Positions 58,469-64,000 of a stretch of 64,000 bases of DNA are shown piece by piece. The notes under the pieces were generated by a model. That model was not told the origin of the DNA. It did not search any database and saw only the letters and a program-made list of their open reading frames with translations. Positions within the stretch are counted from its first letter, which is position 1. Each line of letters starts with the position of its first letter. This DNA comes from Myxococcota bacterium. GTDB taxonomy: Bacteria > Myxococcota_A > Polyangia > Nannocystales > Nannocystaceae. The position numbers and the translations under genes were made by a program. The stretch lies in contig JBCCHT010000023.1 in the NCBI GenBank assembly GCA_039028615.1, positions 32,001 through 96,000 of the forward strand. The letters are read 5' to 3'.

Positions 58469-59790
58469 AGACCTACGTCAACCCACCGAAGACGCCCGTC
58501 ACCAAGGGCAGCATGGGGATCGCGGCCGCGACGATCCCCAACGTGTGCAAGATGCCGGGTCCGCCCGCTCCCTTCGTCCCCGTGCCCCTGCCCAACATCG
58601 GCAAGAGCGGCGACTCTCCCAAGGGCTACACCAAGAAGGTCAAGGTCGAGGGCAAGAACGTCGCGATCAAGGGCGCGACCTTCAAGTCGATGGGCGACGT
58701 GGCCAGCAAGGGCACGGGCGGCGGCCTCGTCTCCGCCAACACCCACGGCCCCACCAAGTTCGTCGGCCCCGGCTCGCTCGACACCAAGTTCGAAGGCAAG
58801 AACGTGCAGCTGCTGGGCGACCCCATGCTCAACAACTGTGGCGGCAGCGGCAGCCCTCCCAACTCGGCCACCCTGGTCGGCGTGCTGCAGTCTGCGGGGC
58901 TCACCGCGGTCGCGGGCGACGAGCCCTGCCCGCTGTGCAACAAGCAGCACGGCACCGACAGCAAGCTCGAGGAGGACGAGGACACCAAGGGGGCGTGCAG
59001 CACCCTCAAAGCCGCCATCGACACCACCATCGCCCAAGCCCGGGCCGCCAACGCGGCGCGCCTGGCCGCAGTCGAAGCGGAGATCGCCAACGAGAAGATC
59101 GTCAAGGCGTCCAAGCCCCGCAAACAGCGGGGCCCGCACACCGAGAAGATCAACGCGCTCGAGAAGGAAAAACGCGGCCTGGCGGTGAACCTCACCGGCA
59201 TGATGGGCGTGGTCAAGTGCAAGGACCACGGCTACATCTTCGCGGGCATGTCGCTGTTTCAATACACGGACCTGCAGGCCAACATGCCGGGCGGTTGGCA
59301 CTCGCCCAAGGCCTACGGAACCCTGAAAAAGAAGCCCGATCGCGACACCTTCGACAACAAGATGTCGAGCTACTTCGCGTACGGCAAGGGCTCGGTCGGC
59401 TCGTTCGCGGCCGAATGGGCCAAGCTGGAAGTGAAGTCGGAAGATTCGCTCAACAATCGAACCGACGAGGTCTACTACCCACCCGGAAGCTGCGCCGCCC
59501 AGCAGATGGTGCTGCTGTGCATGGACCACGGCGACCGCCCCATGGGGCTGACCGAGCGCTACTACACCACCAACCCTTCGGCGCCTCCGCTGTCGAAGCT
59601 GTGGATCCGCAAGCCGGGCAAGCACGGCCCCAAGCGTGCCCGCTTGGCCACGCCCGAAGAGCTCGGGCCCGGCAAGCCCATCCCGCCCTGCGGCACCTGT
59701 CAGGTCATTCTCACCATGATGATGTGCAATGACGACGACTGGAAGTGCGACCACAAGAAGCCGAAGGACGGCGTGTGTCACAAGTGCTAG
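58465..59790 (+). CDS. DUF4150 (PAAR-like) polymorphic effector with putative deaminase-fold C-terminus
   Basis: PNVCKMPGPPAPFVPVPLPNI...S.GD...GGG.VS...KFEGKNV; tip GSCAA...E...PCGTC. Confidence 0.82.
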   Translation: MKTYVNPPKTPVTKGSMGIAAATIPNVCKMPGPPAPFVPVPLPNIGKSGDSPKGYTKKVKVEGKNVAIKGATFKSMGDVASKGTGGGLVSANTHGPTKFVGPGSLDTKFEGKNVQLLGDPMLNNCGGSGSPPNSATLVGVLQSAGLTAVAGDEPCPLCNKQHGTDSKLEEDEDTKGACSTLKAAIDTTIAQARAANAARLAAVEAEIANEKIVKASKPRKQRGPHTEKINALEKEKRGLAVNLTGMMGVVKCKDHGYIFAGMSLFQYTDLQANMPGGWHSPKAYGTLKKKPDRDTFDNKMSSYFAYGKGSVGSFAAEWAKLEVKSEDSLNNRTDEVYYPPGSCAAQQMVLLCMDHGDRPMGLTERYYTTNPSAPPLSKLWIRKPGKHGPKRARLATPEELGPGKPIPPCGTCQVILTMMMCNDDDWKCDHKKPKDGVCHKC

Positions 59791-60536
59791 AGCCCGAACT
59801 CGAGGCCCTGCTGCTGCGGCTGGTGCCCAACCTCGAAAAGGAATGGGCCCCCGCACCGCAGGAGATCCTCGAGGAACTCGAAGATCGGGTGGAGCTGACG
59901 GGGCACGACTTCCCGCAGTGCCACCAGTGGTTCATGTCGAAGATGGGCGGTAGCGTGGGTGCGCTCGAGCCTTCGCTCGGCGGATTCACGGCGGCGAAGG
60001 TGCTCGAAGCCTACGAGAGCGCTACCGTCGATCTGGGCCCCAAGCAGTTCCTCATCGGTCGCATGCCCGATCCGCTGATGCCGCTCGACGTCTTCTACGA
60101 CTTCGAGCACCCGGTCCGCGACGACGCGTTGGTGTGTCGAGCCGTGGTCGAGGCGGGCCCCGTCGTGAAGATGATCGAGACCTTCCGCGAGTACATCGCG
60201 GTACAGGCTCTGATGAACCATAGGGTGATGACCGCCCCCCAGCGCTGCTTCGGAGCATTCGTCACTTCGAGCAGTGGCATGGGCGAAAAGCTCGACGAGG
60301 TCATGGGCACGCTCGGCTTCACCACGCCGGTCGCCACCGGCTCGTATTGCGGGCTCTACGAGACCGAGGACATGACGATGGTTGCCCGGGCCACCATCAC
60401 CCCGGAGAACGAAGGCATTCGCGTGTTCCACGTCAGTGGCCCCAGCGTCACCGCCATTCGTCGGCTACTCGGCGAGATTGCGACCGCCACGACGTTCCAG
60501 GTCGACGCCGACGAATGGACCCCCGCGGCGAGCTAG
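59775..60536 (+). CDS. Putative SMI1/KNR4 (SUKH) immunity protein
   Basis: APQEILEELE.....FPQCHQWFMSKMGG; overlaps toxin stop codon. Confidence 0.7.
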   Translation: MSQVLEPELEALLLRLVPNLEKEWAPAPQEILEELEDRVELTGHDFPQCHQWFMSKMGGSVGALEPSLGGFTAAKVLEAYESATVDLGPKQFLIGRMPDPLMPLDVFYDFEHPVRDDALVCRAVVEAGPVVKMIETFREYIAVQALMNHRVMTAPQRCFGAFVTSSSGMGEKLDEVMGTLGFTTPVATGSYCGLYETEDMTMVARATITPENEGIRVFHVSGPSVTAIRRLLGEIATATTFQVDADEWTPAAS

Positions 60537-60610
60537 CGCCCTTGTCCACCTCCGACGAGCTGGCAGCCGGCTGAAGCTCCCTCTTCGCCGGCCACCCGCG
60601 TCGCCCGCTC

Positions 60611-61138
60611 TCACTTTTCGGGCGACAGCTTCGCGATGTCCTCGCAGCTCGCCGAGCGCAGCACCATCACGGTAGCCCCGCTCGTGCGCTTTTCGGGGAT
60701 CTCCGCCATCGACGTGTAGTGGCCCGCCGTCAGCGGGAACGCGTCGTCGGCCGAGGCCGTCCGGACCAGTCGGGGCGCACGCTTGCCACCACCGATGTCG
60801 TAGTGACTGAGGGTGACGTCGAGGGTCGCGTAGCACTGGGTGGACAGCACGGGGACCACGGTCGTCTTGCGCTCGGTGATCTCGAAGCTGCGCTCGAGCT
60901 TGGCGGGGGAGAGCACCTCGATGGTGTGCGACCCCACCCCCAGCTCGGCCTCGTGGCGCCCCTTGGCGGAGATCTCGATCGGAGGACCGCCGTCGATCGA
61001 CAGCTTCACCGGCTCCCCCGGACCGAGGAGCACCACATCGCCCACGGGAGGGAGGTTGGAGAAGTAGAAGTACGCCCCGCCCATGCCCAGCACGAACACC
61101 GCGAGCAGGCTCCACAAGATCGCCTTGACGATCTTCAT
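60611..61138 (-). CDS. Membrane-anchored hypothetical protein
   Basis: N-terminal TM, beta-rich PEGA-like segment. Confidence 0.65.
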   Translation of the reverse strand: MKIVKAILWSLLAVFVLGMGGAYFYFSNLPPVGDVVLLGPGEPVKLSIDGGPPIEISAKGRHEAELGVGSHTIEVLSPAKLERSFEITERKTTVVPVLSTQCYATLDVTLSHYDIGGGKRAPRLVRTASADDAFPLTAGHYTSMAEIPEKRTSGATVMVLRSASCEDIAKLSPEK

Positions 61139-61464
61139 CGCTTCACCCCCAGCTCGGCCGAGAGAATGCCCTCGACGCGCTCCGCGAGCGCGCGCTGCTT
61201 GGGCATCACCGTGACGGCAAAGATGACCAGCCCGAGGCCGGTGAGCATGATCAGCAGCATGCCGAGCATTGCGGGCATGTCACGCACCAGCGGCATGACG
61301 GTGACCGTCTTTCCCTGGCTGTTGACGGCGGCAGCGACCCAACGGGAGCTCGACGCGGTGATCATGGGCCCCACGGAGCCCAGGTCCAGGTCGGGGCAAC
61401 GCGCCTGCAGGAGGCTACGGATCTGGTCCTTGGATACGGGTTCGGCGACTTTGATGTTGGCCAT
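61135..61464 (-). CDS. Small membrane protein
   Basis: Hydrophobic hairpin; ATGA overlap with next gene. Confidence 0.65.
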   Translation of the reverse strand: MANIKVAEPVSKDQIRSLLQARCPDLDLGSVGPMITASSSRWVAAAVNSQGKTVTVMPLVRDMPAMLGMLLIMLTGLGLVIFAVTVMPKQRALAERVEGILSAELGVKR

Positions 61465-61549
61465 TCACCCGGTCATCGCGACGCCCCGGGGCCGTGTGCA
61501 CACTTTCTCGAAAAAAGTGCACGACCGCGTCGCACCGCCGCTCCGTTCC

Positions 61550-63748
61550 CTATTCCAGCGCCTCGCGGTGCTGGGCGACCGCCTGCATCATGTCCGGGAC
61601 CAGCGCGTGGGCCTTGGCCACCCGGTCGAGCATGTCGGGAACCTCGTCTGCCCGCCCGGCCGCCCGCAGCTGGGAGACCAGCCCCTCGAGGGTGGGGACC
61701 GCGAGGTCCGGCTGCAGCGCGCCCTCCAGCGCACGTTCGAAGGCGGAGATGGCCGAGCCGCGGTCACGGTCCCGCGCCGCCAGATACCCCCGCACCACCT
61801 CGCGGCGGGCGAGCTCGGAGTCGGTGGGCGGCACCTTGCCGTCGAGCCGCTCCGCCGTCTGTAGCCAGCGCCGTGACTGCGCCACCTCGTCGGTGCCGAG
61901 CATGTACCAAAAGGCGAGCTGCTCCGCCGCCTCTCGCATGACGCGATGGTGCTCGGCCGGCTGAGCGAACCCCACCGCGTTGTGCAGCCCTTCGAGCGCG
62001 CCCTGAGTGTCGTTGGCCTCCGCCAGGATTCGCCCTCGCGACAGCCACACCTCGGCGAGCAGCGGCGGGTCACCCGTGTCTTCCGCGATCTTCAGCGCCT
62101 CGTCGATGTCGCTGCGAGCCCGGCTCACGCGGCGGGCCGCTCGAGCCGCTTCGGCCGTGGCCAGCAGCCCACGGGCTCGCTCGACCGCTTCGAGCGTCTG
62201 GCCTTCCGGCAGCGTCAGCGCCTCGACCATGTGCGTGCTGCACCGAGACAGCATGCTCCGATGCTCCCCCAGCGCCGCGCGGAAGGTTCGCTGCGGCGGC
62301 TGCTCGATGAGCGCGTCGACCCGCCGTAACACATCGACCAGGCACGCTCGCCGCAGCTGATGGGTCGAGGTCGTCGCCTGCTCGGGATCGATGCACGTGT
62401 CGGTATAGAGCGAGCGCCACGTGTCCCCGAAGCGTCGCACCCGATCCACGGTCGTCGTCGCGTTGACACGCCCCACACCCGACCAGCCCTCCACGAGCTT
62501 GGGATGGGCGTCCTTGCCGGGCCGCTCCGGCCACCACGACTTCTCGAAGGCCCGCAGCTCGGCCTTGCGCTCGTCGTTCCACACCGCCGACCACCGCTCG
62601 TCGACGTCTCGACACGCGTCCGCGGTCGGAGCCGCGGGAGCAACCGTCGCCGCGGCCGCAGGTGCACCGACCCGGGGCGCGGCTCGAGACGAAGACATCC
62701 ACACCGTGACCCCGGCCGCCAGCGCAGCGCTGACCAGCAGCCCGCCGCCGATCGCCACCACGTTCGCCCGCCCGGGTGTCGGACGCAGCTGAGCGAGCAG
62801 GTCCTGCATCGACGGAAAGCGATCCTCCGGTCGACGTGCCAGCCCACGTCGCAGGGCCCGATGGACGCGGCGAGGAATCGGTCGGCGCGGCGGTATGACC
62901 AGGCCCGCTTCCATCGCGGCCGCCAGCGCAGCCAAGGTCCCGCCCTCGAAGGGGCGATGACCCGCCAGCGCTTCGTACAGAGCAACGCAGAAGCTGAACT
63001 GATCCGAGCGCGGATCGGCGGGCGCCCCCGTCAGCTGCTCGGGTGCCATGTACGCGGGCGTCCCGAGCACCATGCCCGTCTGGGTGAGCGCCACGTCGGT
63101 GACCACCTGCGACCCGTCGGCGTGATCGGGCGTGCCGTCGCTGACGAGACCGAAGTCGGTCACCCGCACGTGGCCGCGCTCGTCGAGCATCGCGTTGGAC
63201 GGCTTGAAGTCGCGGTGCACCAGGCCCGCCTGGTGAGCGATGGCCAAGCCCTCGCCCGCCTCGACGAAGCGCGCCACGATCTCTTCGGCGGGCCGCGGCT
63301 GCCGGAGCCAGTCCTCCAGCGTGCCGCCCTGGACGTACTCCATCGTGATGAACAGCGAGCCCTCGAAGTCACCGACCTCGTAGATCGCCACGATGGAGGG
63401 GTGCACCACCCGGGCCAGCGCCCGCGCCTCGCGTTCCAGCCGCGCGTGCGCCCCCGGATCTAGGCGATCGCCCGACAGCACCTTGAGCGCGACGAGCCGA
63501 TCCAGCCGACGATCCCGTCCGCGGTACACGATGCCCATCGCCCCCCGGCCCGCGATGCCCTCCACCTCGAAACGGCCGATGGTGCGAGGCAGCTCGGGAC
63601 GACCCGCCCGTGGCCCCGTACCGCCCGCCGCCGCGGCCACCAGCATGCGACACGTCGAGCAGGTGTCGATATGCGCCAGGATCTCGTCCACCGCCGACAG
63701 CTCTCCACGAGCAAACGCCAGCGCGGTGGCATCGTCGAGGCAGCTCAC
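61550..63748 (-). CDS. Ser/Thr kinase with N-terminal anti-sigma-type zinc finger (HxxxCxxC)
   Basis: MSC...HIDTCSTC; GRGAMG, HRDFKPSN, DFG, GTPAYMAPE; TM; short TPR region. Confidence 0.9.
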   Translation of the reverse strand: MSCLDDATALAFARGELSAVDEILAHIDTCSTCRMLVAAAAGGTGPRAGRPELPRTIGRFEVEGIAGRGAMGIVYRGRDRRLDRLVALKVLSGDRLDPGAHARLEREARALARVVHPSIVAIYEVGDFEGSLFITMEYVQGGTLEDWLRQPRPAEEIVARFVEAGEGLAIAHQAGLVHRDFKPSNAMLDERGHVRVTDFGLVSDGTPDHADGSQVVTDVALTQTGMVLGTPAYMAPEQLTGAPADPRSDQFSFCVALYEALAGHRPFEGGTLAALAAAMEAGLVIPPRRPIPRRVHRALRRGLARRPEDRFPSMQDLLAQLRPTPGRANVVAIGGGLLVSAALAAGVTVWMSSSRAAPRVGAPAAAATVAPAAPTADACRDVDERWSAVWNDERKAELRAFEKSWWPERPGKDAHPKLVEGWSGVGRVNATTTVDRVRRFGDTWRSLYTDTCIDPEQATTSTHQLRRACLVDVLRRVDALIEQPPQRTFRAALGEHRSMLSRCSTHMVEALTLPEGQTLEAVERARGLLATAEAARAARRVSRARSDIDEALKIAEDTGDPPLLAEVWLSRGRILAEANDTQGALEGLHNAVGFAQPAEHHRVMREAAEQLAFWYMLGTDEVAQSRRWLQTAERLDGKVPPTDSELARREVVRGYLAARDRDRGSAISAFERALEGALQPDLAVPTLEGLVSQLRAAGRADEVPDMLDRVAKAHALVPDMMQAVAQHREALE

Positions 63749-63777
63749 GACGAGCAGAGTATAGGATTGCCGCCATC

Positions 63778-64000
63778 GTGGCCGACGAAACCCTCATCGC
63801 GGCATTCGAGACCGGCGGGCCTGCGGCCTCCGAGCGCTCGGACGCCGCCGAGATCGATGGTGCACTCCTGTCGGTGCTGCGACGGTCGCGGGAGCACGGC
63901 TCACGCCCCGCGGACGACGAGGCCTTCGTGGCCTACCTCGGGCAGCGCTGCGACACCGAAGACATCGTCGCGTTCCTCGAGCGCCTCGACGTCGAGGCCA
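63778..64000 (+). CDS. Myxobacterial-type ECF sigma factor, N-terminal part (runs out of window)
   Basis: GTG 63778 opens ADETLIAAF...DDEAFVAYLGQRC...FLERLDVE, resembling the N-terminal extension of myxobacterial sigma-70 family 1; divergent from ZAS kinase. Confidence 0.55.
   Translation, partial: MADETLIAAFETGGPAASERSDAAEIDGALLSVLRRSREHGSRPADDEAFVAYLGQRCDTEDIVAFLERLDVEA

Noticed and set aside
1..64000. rRNA, tRNA, CRISPR array, transposase or integrase
   Set aside because: None recognised by eye; a tRNAscan/Infernal run would be needed to exclude small RNAs

Overview
GC-rich bacterial chromosome segment, most likely a myxobacterium (Nannocystaceae-like; inferred from gene content). About 57 CDS; no rRNA, tRNA, CRISPR array or transposase seen. 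In order: heme peroxidase 3' end; ThDP enzyme + FabH-like pair; relic of a TPR/SIR2 locus beside a GATC-dense repeat; TonB-dependent receptor-ExbBD-TonB locus with three MxcI-like lipoproteins; NhaD; four ECF sigma/Ser-Thr kinase modules plus two more kinases; DUF4157 protein; a lipoprotein that is almost entirely a Hint self-cleaving domain; FRG gene; purKE; V4R histidine kinase/response regulator; and a DUF2169-thiolase-like-DUF4150 toxin-SUKH immunity operon. Most notable: (1) a putative ECF signalling circuit. Three paralogous sigma factors share a C-terminal [LI]ExWxxx[IL]R tail, only their partner kinases share an N-terminal VxxxLF motif, and TGATC-N16-G[CG]ACTA recurs upstream of three unrelated lipoprotein genes. 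(2) The Hint lipoprotein has only a 7-residue lipidated N-extein. (3) The PAAR-like toxin has a CAA...PCxxC deaminase-like tip lacking the usual catalytic Glu. (4) The ThDP/FabH pair resembles a minimal furanolide/acyloin cassette. All family calls come from motif recognition by eye, not database searches.
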